63,286 nt of DNA from Octopus bimaculoides (lineage: Eukaryota), in assembly GCF_001194135.2 (NCBI RefSeq), contig NC_069010.1, forward strand, positions 9,267,112-9,330,397, written 5' to 3'. Every line of letters starts with the position of its first letter. Position 1 is the stretch's first letter. The translations under genes and the position numbers were made by a program. The notes under the pieces were generated by a model. The model saw only the letters and a list, made by a program, of their open reading frames with translations. It ran no database searches and was not told the origin of the DNA. Below are positions 38,427 through 50,155 of the stretch, piece after piece.

Positions 38427-38585
38427 ACAGGCTTCATTTGATTTCTGTCTACTGAATCCACTCACAAGGCTTTGATTGGCCAGAGGCCATAGGAGAAGAC
38501 ACCTGCCCAAAATGCCATGCAGTGGGACTGAACCTAGAACCATGTGGTTGGGAAGCAAACTTCTAACTACTCACCCATACCTGCA
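38075..38585 (-). mobile_element. SINE family A with an expanded internal AC/AT microsatellite
   Basis: tail at 38075-38235, about 190 nt microsatellite, head at 38430-38585. Confidence 0.8.
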
Positions 38586-39050
38586 GTGAAGTATACATAC
38601 ACATATCTGTGTGTGTATATATCTTGTTATATATATATATATGTTTATATATTTGTGTGTATGTGTTTAGACAATCTGCCTCGAATTCCATGTGACCCAG
38701 GCCAGCATGAAAGAGATATGAATTTTGATGGAGTAAACCTCTCTGCTCGCAGTGAGGTTGTCTGTTCACCCTTCTCATGATGCTCCGGTCTAAAGCTGAA
38801 ACCATTAAGAGACATCACAGTTGCCAGTCTCTGGCCATCTAGTCACTGCTGGCATGTATGCATACAATTATATATGTGCAGGCTGCAGCAACAGAGCCAT
38901 TTAGCTGTTATTTCTAGCAGTGTAGGTAGGTGTTCTAACACCCTCAGTCATAGTTAATAACGTTTATTGTTTTCCTTTTAGGTGAAACTCTGCTAACGAG
39001 CTGCTTTGCTTAATTATATATATATATATATATAGATATATGTGTGTGTG

Positions 39051-39212
39051 TGTATGGATCAAAACAGTTTGATTCAAATTTGTTGGTATTCTTGAATTTC
39101 GAGTGTGATGCTAGACATGAGCCATTTTGAATTTGGAATGGCTGACGACTAGCATCATGCTTGAAGCTCAAGAATATCAACAAATTTGAATCAAACTGTT
39201 TTGATCCCTACA
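39051..39212. other. Imperfect inverted repeat, about 71-bp arms, 10-nt loop (MITE-like or hairpin RNA)
   Basis: arms 39056-39126 and 39137-39207; 9 substitutions and one bulge. Confidence 0.9.
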
Positions 39213-39268
39213 TGTAACTCCCAATAAATTGGTTGGGTGCCCTTCTTTCATTTGTCCCCTCACTCGTA

Positions 39269-39304
<36 letters not shown>

Positions 39305-39590
39305 ATTACACCCACACACACACACCACATATCTGCCCCTCTGCTCTACAGAGTCTCCTGGTCTGCCTTTCACACACACACACCACACAAATTATATGTA
39401 CATGTGTGTAAGTTGTATTGACATGTATATACATATCCACATACACACATGCATGTGTTGTATATATACATACATATATTTTGCTGTTTTACATCTGCGT
39501 TTGTATGAGTGTCAGAGACGGAGATGTATCAGTGTAGCCACATTTGTTTCAAAGTTTTTACTGACCAAGATGTTCTTTTATATATTTCAG

Positions 39591-40001
39591 ATGGCTACGG
39601 CAACAAGAAGTATAACTGCTCTACTGCTGATCGTCAGCCTCTTCTGTTTTGTTGCTGGCTGGAAAAGAACATGCACTTGTCCCTCCACAGTGGTCCAGCC
39701 TGCCAACAAACAGAACCCAGTTTCCAGTGATGTCCCCATTGTGAGGAATGTTCTAGACCAGCTGTCATTGTGTCCATGGAAGATGGAAATGGATTTTGAC
39801 CAACATAGAATGCCAGCCAGTTTGATCTATGCCAAATTGCAAACATCAGCCTACTGCAACAACATGGAACGACAATGCATGGCTGTTACAGAAACAGTCA
39901 ATGTCACTGTACGATGCTCAGACAGCAGATGTGTGACATGCACCGAAGACATCCCCATCGCATTTGTATGTGCCATGCGGCATGTAGTTGTAATTAACTA
40001 A
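39591..40001 (+). CDS. Secreted interleukin-17-like cystine-knot protein, 136 aa, divergent; CDS in one exon
   Basis: ATG directly after a tttcag acceptor; hydrophobic signal peptide (ITALLLIVSLFCFVAG); SLCPW..D.D.HRMPASLIYAK...C......C.AV...V.V..R...E.IPIAFVC follows the IL-17 pattern RSLCPW..N.DPNR.P..L.EA.C...C...C.PV...V.VL...E.IPVGCTC. Confidence 0.8.
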   Translation: MATATRSITALLLIVSLFCFVAGWKRTCTCPSTVVQPANKQNPVSSDVPIVRNVLDQLSLCPWKMEMDFDQHRMPASLIYAKLQTSAYCNNMERQCMAVTETVNVTVRCSDSRCVTCTEDIPIAFVCAMRHVVVIN

Positions 40002-40616
40002 GGAAGTTTCTACCAGAGGGTCATGGTTATCTACTGCCAATGTTGTCATTTCCATTTATGGTAGTTCTACCCAAGACAGCAGACATGTTTCTCTTCCAAG
40101 AATGCAAGCCACGATAAGAACTATTTATCAATTAATTTATTAATTACTATTTTCAAATGATATATATTTACAAAAAGGAAAAGGTTTTTAGTGATTTGTA
40201 ATGAACTCCTATAAAGACTTCAAATAACTTTGAAAGATTTATTCTAAACAGTTGTCACTAGGTATTTGTTTGCTTTCTCTCAGCTAAGAATGGAGAGTTT
40301 AATTAAATATTTATTGCATACATTAGTTAGTATGCAGCTCATTAATTCCACTATTTATATCTTTCATTTACACACAAAACACCACACATACATGCATGCA
40401 CACACACACCTATGAAACCACTCAAACATGTACATATATTTATTTTTACACAGAAATGCAGAGTTTTTAATTTATTTTATACCCCATATACCTATACATA
40501 CAATATAATATGCGTGCACACACGTTTATTTCCTCAAGATGCACATATTATCTATTTATTTATTTCAACACACACAAACACACATTTATTTATTTATTTT
40601 CATATATATATATATA

Positions 40617-40662
<46 letters not shown>

Positions 40663-40689
40663 CACACACACACATGCACATACATACAC

Positions 40690-40908
40690 ACATAAGGATG
40701 TGAACACACAATTATTTATTTTCAACCTCCCCACCATATATTTATATATATACACACACACACACACACATAAGGATGTGAACACACAATTATTTATTTT
40801 CAACCTCCCCACCATATATTTATATATATACACACACACACACACACATAAGGATGTGAACACACAATTATTTATTTTCAACCTCCCCACCATATATTTA
40901 TATATATA
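40690..40908. repeat. 78-bp tandem repeat, about 2.8 identical units
   Basis: taaggatgtgaacacacaattatttattttcaacctccccacc starts at 40693, 40771, 40849. Confidence 0.95.
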
Positions 40909-41739
40909 TAAGCCTGTCCTTTTCAAACTACAATGTCTGAAGAAGTGATTGAACTTTAAATTTATAACATAAATTGCCGAACTTTGTATGTAATGTGAAA
41001 TAAATGGCGTTTGATTACTGAAACATTGATTTGACTTCTGTTTTACTCAATAAAGAATTCTTGTTATTCATTGTGTGGATTGTAACATTTGATATACAGA
41101 CATACACACACATGCATCATCATCATTTAACATTTGTTTTCCATGCTGTTATGGGTTGAATGGTTTGACTAGAGCTGGCTCGCTGAAGAACTGCCCAGGC
41201 TCCCTGTCTGTTTTGGCATGGTTTCTATGGCTGGATGCCCTTCCTAGTGCCAACCACTTTACAGAGTGTATTGCGTGCTTCTCTGGCATTAGTGCATTTA
41301 TGTAGCACCAGCACCTACAAGCCCACAAGAGATGCTTAGCTGGAGAGGGATGCAGGAGACAAGCTTGTATGCAAGGACAGCCATACTTTTACTAAGTCTG
41401 ATGTGTCTTTTCAAGCACAGCAAACTGCTAGGAGTCTCAGCTCTCTGTCGTCCCTTCTGTGGGGCCCAATGTCTGCAGATCCTTTCTCACCACTTCATCC
41501 CACATCTTCCTGGGTCTACCTCTTTTGTCGGCCCAAGGCTATAGTAGAAGACACTTGGCCAAAGTACCATGGAGTGGGATTGCACCCAGGATCTCATTGT
41601 TGAGAAGCAAGGTTCTTATCTCACCAACACCTAGCAAAAAAAGAAAAGAAAAAAAATGGTCGTCCTACAAACATACATATTAGCAGAATGCAAATTTTCA
41701 TAGCTTTGCACACGATGTGTGTCAGTATGTATAAGCAGA

Positions 41740-42310
41740 CGCCAGCCAATAGAAGTTCGCTTCCCAAGCACATGATTCCAAGTTCAGTCCCACAGCGTGG
41801 CACCTTGGGTAAGTTTTGATCTACTATAGCCTCGGAACGACCAAAGTCTTCTCAGTGGATTTGATAAAAAGAAACTGAAAGAAACCCATCGTGTTTGTGT
41901 CTTTGCGCTTGTATTTGTTCACCACAGCTACTTGGCAATCGGTATTGGTTTGTTTACGTTGACAGAACGTAGCAGTTCGGCAAAAGACTCTGATAGAATA
42001 AGTACCAAACTTAGGAAACAAAAATAAGTACTGGGGTCCGATTTTTTCCACTGAAGCCCGTCGTATATATATACATACACACATATATATATATGTGTGT
42101 GTGTGTGTGTTTGTGTATCTGTTTGTCCCCCACCATCGCTTGACAACCGATGCTGGTGTGTTTACGTCCCCGTAACTTAGCGGATCGGCAAAGAGACTGA
42201 TAAAATAAGTACTAGGCTTACAAAGAATAAGTCCTGAGGTCCATTTGTTCGGTGTACCTCAGGCGGTGCTTCAGCATGGCCGCAGTTAAATGACCGAACC
42301 AAATAAAAGA
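41740..42310 (+). mobile_element. Older SINE family A copy followed by a younger 3' half
   Basis: diverged head+tail 41740-42050, then gaagcccgtcgtata...cagcatggccgcagttaaatgaccgaacc. Confidence 0.75.
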
Positions 42311-42329
42311 AAGAATAAAATAATTATTC

Positions 42330-43426
42330 TGAAAGTTATGAGGAAACTAATTCGATGGGGCACAATTGTGTAGGTTTGGTTCGACGTTATGTCAGAGCAG
42401 CGACGGTGACAGCAACAGCGCGTCGGATAAAATGAGTTAAAAATTTTATTACGTTCCGTCGCGTTGTGAGTTCAAATCCCGTCAGAGTCGATATTACTTT
42501 CTTGGGTTTTCCGGGTCGGAAAAATATAGTTAAAGCAAAGATAAAGTAAAGTACTATCGATGGTTGACCTAAGATTGGTCTTTCTGCTTACGCCACTCCT
42601 GTGTAACGATAAAATAAACGACAAATTTTTATTTCCCGTACAGACATCCGTAATGGCCAAGCTACCCCCCCCCCGCATTCCTCCAGCAAGAATTTTTTAA
42701 AAAATTAATAAATCTGTACAATTTTTGACTTCGCTTTCGGTCCTCCGTAAACAGCTCGGCCTTAACCTCAAACTTGTGGCCTTGTGCTGTGTTAAACTCG
42801 TATTTCATGCTCCACCTGGGACAAAAACAAAATCTTTAAGCACAAAAAAATATAGTTTTATATCACTTACGGTGATCCGTAAGTTGGTCGGTTTTTAGCG
42901 TCTCATTAATCGTTTTTCTTTTTCCCTCCCTCTCACTATCATACCTTTATCTTTCACTCTCTCATATTCTGTATTTTCCTCTCTCTCCCTCTCTTACATA
43001 CTTCTCTATTCGCTTCTTCTCTAGTTGACTGTCTACCCTCTCTTTTTCTCCGTTCCTCTCCCGTCCATAATTTTCTCGCCTTCCGTCTTTCTCTCTCTCC
43101 CTTTCTCTATTTCTCATTTTTCCCTGTCTTTCTTTATTTCTCTCTTCCAGTTTCTGTTTCTCACCCTTTCCCTCTCCTTCTCTGTCTTCCTCGCCCTTTT
43201 CCTCTCTCTCTCTTTCGATATTTCTCCTTCCGTCCGGCCTCGTTCTCGCCTCCAATGACGAAAGAAGATAAAGAAACAAGGGGAGACAACACCAGGTCAC
43301 CGCCACTACATCTCACACTCATAGATGCACACATATATATATACACACATATTTATAAACACAAATACGCTAACACTATACACACACTCCTATATATACA
43401 CACACATTATATACACAACATATACA
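42330..43426 (+). promoter_or_regulatory. CpG-rich putative promoter/5' region of Elongin B, followed by a CT-rich tract
   Basis: CpG dinucleotides visibly denser than in the flanks (e.g. ttcgctttcggtcctccg, cttacggtgatccgtaagttggtcgg), immediately upstream of the ATG|GT exon end. Confidence 0.5.
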
Positions 43427-43429
43427 ATG
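43427..43429 (+). CDS. ELOB: Elongin B start codon at the end of a mostly non-coding first exon (candidate)
   Basis: caATG|GTGAGT strong donor after a CpG-rich region; supplies the Met in phase 0 for the DVFLMIRR exon, which begins at codon 2. Confidence 0.7.
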
Positions 43430-43645
43430 GTGAGTCGTCTCTTCTCTATTTTCTTTACCCATCTCGTCCCTCACATTGAATTATTTCTTTACCTTTTATG
43501 ATATACACAAATAATATACATTCGTGCTTCTATCTGTTAACAGGCGGCATGTATACATACATATATACGTATGTATACATGCAGAGAGATATATACACAT
43601 ACGTACATACCTGTATACACAGATCTTTGTATATAAATATATATG

Positions 43646-43682
<37 letters not shown>

Positions 43683-44590
43683 CTGCATGTATGTATGCTT
43701 ATGTGTCTATGCTGAGATTCCCTTCACTTTATATATATATATATATATATATGTATATAACACAACTATATATATANNNNNNNNNNTTCGTTGCAATTTG
43801 TGTGTCTAACCTAGCTTTTGGTATCAAAACATTTTCTACTCTATAAATCGAGCGAGTTTTCATTTATATTGCCCCCCCCCCCACTCCATTTCTTTCTTGA
43901 TTCTCTTCCATCGATCTATCTCTCTTTTCATCTCTCTCTCTATCGATCGATCTATCTCTCTCTCTCTATCTATCTGTATTTCTCTTTCCTTTTCCTCTCT
44001 AACTCTCTTATCTCTCCTTTAATGCCTCGTGTGTCTTTTTTTCTTTTTCAATGGTTTCCTCTCTCTTTCTCTCTCTGGGTAACATATATATATATATATA
44101 TATACATACATAAATATATATTCACGTATTTTCTCTTTCCTAATATATATATTATATCCTACCAATCTCCTATTTCACTGTCTTCGTTTCGATCTTGATG
44201 TGATTGTCTATATATCTATCGTTTATTTGTGACTGTGTATATGTGTGTAGATATATATATATATACCCATGCATGCGTCTAGTCATGTATATGTAAGGTT
44301 ACCTACCAGACTACAAACTTTGAACAGCAGGTTTTCGTGATTTTTTTAATGTTATGGTAGCACAAAATAAACAAAAACTACACACACACACCATCATTAC
44401 ATGCATGCAGACATATATAAACACCAGATTCACAAACTCGCATTGCAATGGCTGGTGTGCTATCATTATTAAATGCTAAAAGGACAAAGAAGATTGTCGA
44501 AAAACAAACAGGCAATCAAAACGGACAGAGCAAGTTATGAAAGCAACAGAAAGACTTCTAGCCGCACTAATTAAAGAGAGAATTAGTTAA

Positions 44591-44890
44591 ATGCAGTCTG
44601 GGTTTGGTGTTAGGTCAGGGTTACGTTGATGGCCTTTTTTCTAATGAGACAGAAGTTAAGAAAGGGCCAGCCCTTCTACCCGGCATTTGTTGACCTGGAG
44701 AAGGACTTTGATGGGATACATAGCTCTTTCGTTACGAGACAGCCACAGCAGAAGTCAACCACTTTACCTAAGGTTGTTTTGTTTTTGACCCGGAGAAGGA
44801 ATCTGATTGGGATACCCCCCGACCTGTAGTCTGCTGGTTGCTAAGAAAACTAAGTGTGGGTGAATGGGAGAGCCAGGCAGGTCATGTACT
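44591..44890 (+). mobile_element. Decayed RTE reverse transcriptase fragment
   Basis: AFFLMRQKLRKGQPFYPAFVDLEKDFD resembles DAIF.LRQL.EK....K.LY.AFVDLEKAFD; indels present. Confidence 0.75.
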
Positions 44891-46989
44891 GAGATGCTGG
44901 CAGAAATTAGTTTAACTAACATTTAAATTAGTTTAATTAGCATTTAAACCGGCCATATCTCACAAACAGTCTACCCGTTTTGTATTCAAACCAGTCAGAT
45001 CCAGCCTCTCACACTTACCCAACAATGTCATTGTGCAAATAAACAATCACATCATTGAAATCTCAAAGCTATGAGATGATGCCTGATTAATTCAAAACAA
45101 TGTGAATAAATAAGCATGTCATTGGACAGAATAATCAGATTGTTAAGGGGTTAATAAGGAAGGTAGCATATTGATATGGGTTCATCAGAATTCAATTCTC
45201 AGCTTCCCTCATTCCCATTTATGACAGTTCTTCAGTCCAACGGAGAAGTGTTTATGACTGGGAACTTCATCATTTAACAACCTCCTTCCATGCTGGCAGG
45301 GGTTGGACAGCTGGATGCCTTTCCTGTAGCTAAACACTGTACTGAGTTGACTGCATGCTTTTCATGTGGCACCAACACTAGTGAGATCACTAAGTAACTT
45401 GCAAGACAAGATCCCTCAAGTAAGTGGCTTTTGCTGCCACGTGATGAGAGGATGAAATATGAGAGACAGGGACGGGTGTCTTGCTGTAGGGGAGATACAA
45501 TGGTTTGCAAAAGTGCAAGGTTGATGGGGGAAGATATGTATATCAATGAGTTTTCATAGTTATGTATATTGAGGGCTTTCAGAAATTCCAGATGTGCTGA
45601 ATCCACGAAAGGAAGATGTAGCAAAGACATACTTTAGTTGGCTGGCAAATGGTAACGGGGAATAGTTTTAAAAAAGGGCTCAGTTGAGGTGTCATACAAT
45701 ATCATCATCGTCATTGTTTTAATGACCTCTTTTCCTGCTTTGCAAGGGTCAGACGATATGTATTTGAGGCAGATTTTCAGTGGCCAAATGCCCTTTCTGC
45801 TGCCAACCTTCGCCTATTTCCAAGTGGGGTAATTTTTCTTGTGGCTAAATATGTTCTCACAGAATATTGGAAAAGACACAAACTTACACACATGCACACA
45901 TGTAAACGTACAGAAAATTGCAGCTATCACACGATGTCAGGGCAAGGAGACAATAACACACACAGATATATGAGGGTCTTCTTTTAGCTTCTGCCTGCCA
46001 AATCCACTCCCAAGGCTTCAGTTGGTCCAAGGGGCCATACGGTAGGATCGATCCCCAAATCATGTGGTTGGTAAGCAACCTTCTCATCATACAGCCTTTC
46101 TTGCTCTTTGATAGAAGACTGGAAATGGATGGCAGTGTTGGCATGATGAGGATGATGCTCATTCACAACAGTGGCACAATATCAAGATGTGTGTCATCAT
46201 CATCATCATCATCAATTAATGTCCATTGTCCCTGCTGGCAGGGGTTGGACAGTTTGACTGGGCTGGAAGGCTGCACCAGACTCTAGTTTGATTTGGCATG
46301 GTTTTCTATGGCTGGAGGCCCTTCCTAATGCCAACCACTCCAAGAGTGTAATGGGTGCTTTTATGTGCCACCAGCACGGGTGCCATTTGTGTGACACCAG
46401 GGTGTGTTTATGTGCTACTGGCCATGGGTGCCAATTTGTATGACACCAGTATCTGTCATAATTGAAATTTTACTTGGCTTGATGGGTCTTTTCAAGCACG
46501 GATAATTAGGTAAAAATCATATAAACTAATTATTTTTGGAGAAAAATTTGAAAAGTTGAGAAATATTTATGTCTACATAAAATGACATCCGAGATCTTGT
46601 TAAGTAAAACTTTTTTTGTCAGCACAGAGTATATTGATCAATTTTTTAATGCATAATTTAGTTTCTGCTTTGTGTATTGTATAGTGTGGTTTCCTTTATA
46701 ATGAACCAATCTAGACTGAATTCTTTGTTGCACATTTTTGATTTATTAATGTGGGTAGCTAGTGCAGTTGTATTTTTTTGTTTCTTGATTAAATAAATAA
46801 ATTTGTGTGGCCCCTATATCTTCTCTTAAAGTCAGTCGTACTTCCAGAGTTGAAACCTCAACTTTATGTATGACATTTCCCCTTAAACAGAATCCCTTTA
46901 AGGGACATAATTCCTGGTTATGGCAATTGCATCTTTTATTTCCATGCTTCACCTTTATATTTTTAATATCAGGATTATTATTATTATTA

Positions 46990-47422
46990 TGCCCCTGGGA
47001 ACTCCTCTATGCTGATGACCTTGCACTAATTGCTGAGTCACTATCAGAACTAGAAGTGAAGTTTCAGGTGTGGAAACAAGGATTAGAATCGAACGGCCTT
47101 AGTGTCAACCAAGCTAAAACCAAAGTCCTAATAAGTAGGAAAGCAGACAAACCACAAACCCCTTCAGGTAGATGGCCCTGCTCGATCTGTAGAAAAGGCA
47201 AAGGTAGAAACTCCATAAGATGTACCCAGTGTAATCCATGGACACATAAGAGGTGCAGCAATATCAAAGAAAGGCTAACTAGGAAGATAGTTTTTGTATG
47301 TGGCAGATGCTCAGGAGCAATAAACACTGAAAATGTGCAGAGAACAACTTCTGCCACATTCCAGGGAGAAAAACTAGACATAGTTGATAGCTTCCGCTAT
47401 CTTGGTGACCAAGTCAGTAGCG
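46990..47422 (+). mobile_element. RTE reverse transcriptase fragment with Cys/His zinc-finger insert; 5'-truncated, runs into a gap
   Basis: CPWELLYADDLALIAES (YADD catalytic motif) ... KTKVL ... PCSICRKG...CTQCNPWTHKRC...CGRC ... VDSFRYLGD; open frame. Confidence 0.92.
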
Positions 47423-48086
47423 NNNNNNNNNNNNNNNNNNNNNNNNNNNNNNNNNNNNNNNNNNNNNNNNNNNNNNNNNNNNNNNNNNNNNNNNNNNNNN
47501 NNNNNNNNNNNNNNNNNNNNNNNNNNNNNNNNNNNNNNNNNNNNNNNNNNNNNNNNNNNNNNNNNNNNNNNNNNNNNNNNNNNNNNNNNNNNNNNNNNNN
47601 NNNNNNNNNNNNNNNNNNNNNNNNNNNNNNNNNNNNNNNNNNNNNNNNNNNNNNNNNNNNNNNNNNNNNNNNNNNNNNNNNNNNNNNNNNNNNNNNNNNN
47701 NNNNNNNNNNNNNNNNNNNNNNNNNNNNNNNNNNNNNNNNNNNNNNNNNNNNNNNNNNNNNNNNNNNNNNNNNNNNNNNNNNNNNNNNNNNNNNNNNNNN
47801 NNNNNNNNNNNNNNNNNNNNNNNNNNNNNNNNNNNNNNNNNNNNNNNNNNNNNNNNNNNNNNNNNNNNNNNNNNNNNNNNNNNNNNNNNNNNNTGATTGC
47901 TTTATCAAGAAAGTCCGGCTTAATAGACTGGTAGTAATTAATAATTACTAATGTCAAATTGTATAAAGTGAGTTTTCCGTTTTCTTATTCAACGAGCAGA
48001 ACCAAGTTCTGATGTCCCCTGTGGATATCCAAAGGTGGAAGGTCTGCATTTCTTTTAACACAAGGGACAATTCTGTCAATGATAGA

Positions 48087-48125
<39 letters not shown>

Positions 48126-48518
48126 TGCATTGTACTCCTCAGTACTGGATTATTAGGTTGTCTGCTAGTTGGGTGCACTGAAGGAGCTTTCTGTGATAGC
48201 CATAGGGTTCTATGAATTCATACATTACACTACAAACACACATACACACACACACCATATTTACAGATGTATAATGCCCGCCTTACAAAAAACAAAAGAA
48301 TTAACGTAAAATGTCTGGGTCAAAATAGAGTAGCATGAAATATTTTAGATAAGAGGATAAAACCAGATTATTGATTTTTAGGTATTAAAAAATGTCTGTG
48401 TTGGGGTTCACATAATTATTTGAATAAATGTGTATGTGTACACATACATATTAATAGAGAAAATTTTGTCAGAAGTTATGAAGCATGTGTTTGTGTGTAT
48501 ATATATATATATATGTAT

Positions 48519-49211
48519 ATGGGATGAGGTGGTGAGGCATGACCTTCGAACATTGGGCTTCACCGAGGCGATGACTTCTGACAGAGACCTTTGGAAATAT
48601 GCTGTGCGTGAGAAGACCCGGCAAGCCAAGTCAGACCTAAATGCAAGGCCTCTGCCAGAGGTGTACCCAGCCCACATATGCGTACCTTTCCTTCATTGGA
48701 CAATAAACTCCGCTTGCGAAGACCTCTTGAGGCAAGTGAAATCGAACTAAATTCGACGACTGGCACCCATGCCAACGTCGTCTCCTTCATTGGACATGAA
48801 ACTCGGCTTGCAAAGACTTATTGGGGCAAGCGAAAGTGAAATCGGGATGGCACCTGTGCCCATCGTCGCCTTTCTGGCACTTGTGCCCGTGGCATGTGTA
48901 AGGACTTTCGAGAGAGATCGTTGCCAGTGCCCCTGGGCTAGCTCCTGTGCGGGTGGCACATAAAATACACCATTTTGAGTGTGACCGTTGCCAGTACCTC
49001 CTGACTGGCCTTCGTGCGGGTGGCACGTAAAAGCACCCACTACACTCTCTGAGTGGTTGGCGTTAGGAAGGGCATCCAGCTGTAGAAACTCTGCCAAATC
49101 AGATTGGAGCCTGGTGTAGCCATCTGGTTTCACCAGTCCTCAGTCAAATCGTCCAACCCATGCTAGCATGGAAAGCGGACATTAAACGATGATGATGATG
49201 ATGATGATGAT
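48519..49211 (+). mobile_element. RTE LINE 3' end: ORF C-terminus, long modular 3' UTR, (GAT)n tail
   Basis: WDEVVRHDLRTLGFTEAMTSDRDLWKYAVREKTRQAK, then UTR modules and ...ggaaagcggacattaaacgatgatg. Confidence 0.9.
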
Positions 49212-49849
49212 ATATATATATATATGATGGGTCTTTGAATTTTCCTCATGAAAATTTGAAAACCTTTTTTTTCTTTAACGGTTTATAAAAAGAATGTGAG
49301 ATGATAATCGCATTCCTTCTTTCTTCTTAGCAATTTTATGCCAGTTTATTCCTCACACATTTCTCCACCGTTTTATTATTAATACCACTTGCTCCTCCTC
49401 GTAATGTTATTTTTCTCTTTATTATTATTGTTGAGTGAAAGAGCAGTGCATACCATCAAAGTGACCCTGGGGTACAAATATCCGATGCTCAGTATACCCA
49501 TCTTGACTAATTGTCTGGTAAGGCTACACCAGGCACATGCATCACAACCATGTGTGCTTGACATGATGATCTCATATCAAGATAAACAGTGCATGACCTT
49601 GCAGCTGGGGTCCAGTTAGAATTCTCTTCTGGTCAAGTAGCCCGTCCTGCTTAAAAGGTCCCTGAATGAGGGTTGTGTAAGGATGTTGAATGAAACACCC
49701 ATGTTTCCAGAAGTGAGTTACTCAAAACCCAAAGAATTCCTCTCGATACATGGCTATGACGCTCCCCCTCTGCTTCTGCTCGTGACCAGAGATGCACATA
49801 TCGTCAGCCACCAAGGGACATGCACAACTGGTTACGGTCAATCGACCGA

Positions 49850-50155
49850 CAGGCAAATCTGTGATATTGAGCAGAATATTTGCTGTAGGCCATCTTTTAC
49901 ACCCAGACAAAACTGCTGCAGGGTACAGGTCTTCTTGAGTGGGGCCAAGGGCCAAGTCTCTAGGTCCTTTGTCACCTCACCTGAAAGGTTCAGCTTCCTG
50001 AGGTCGTACTTCAGTACTTCTTCCCATGTCTTCCTGGGTCTCCCACTTCCACATTGTTCCATCCACTTCCAGAGATCACTTCTTTATGAAGCTGTCCGCA
50101 TCCATCCACATCACATGACCAAACCAGTGCAGTCATCTCTCTTGCACTCAACATC
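49850..50155 (-). mobile_element. RTE LINE ORF C-terminal fragment (second subfamily)
   Basis: VQERRLHWFGHVMWMD ... GSGRPRKTWEEVLKYDLRKLNL. Confidence 0.8.
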
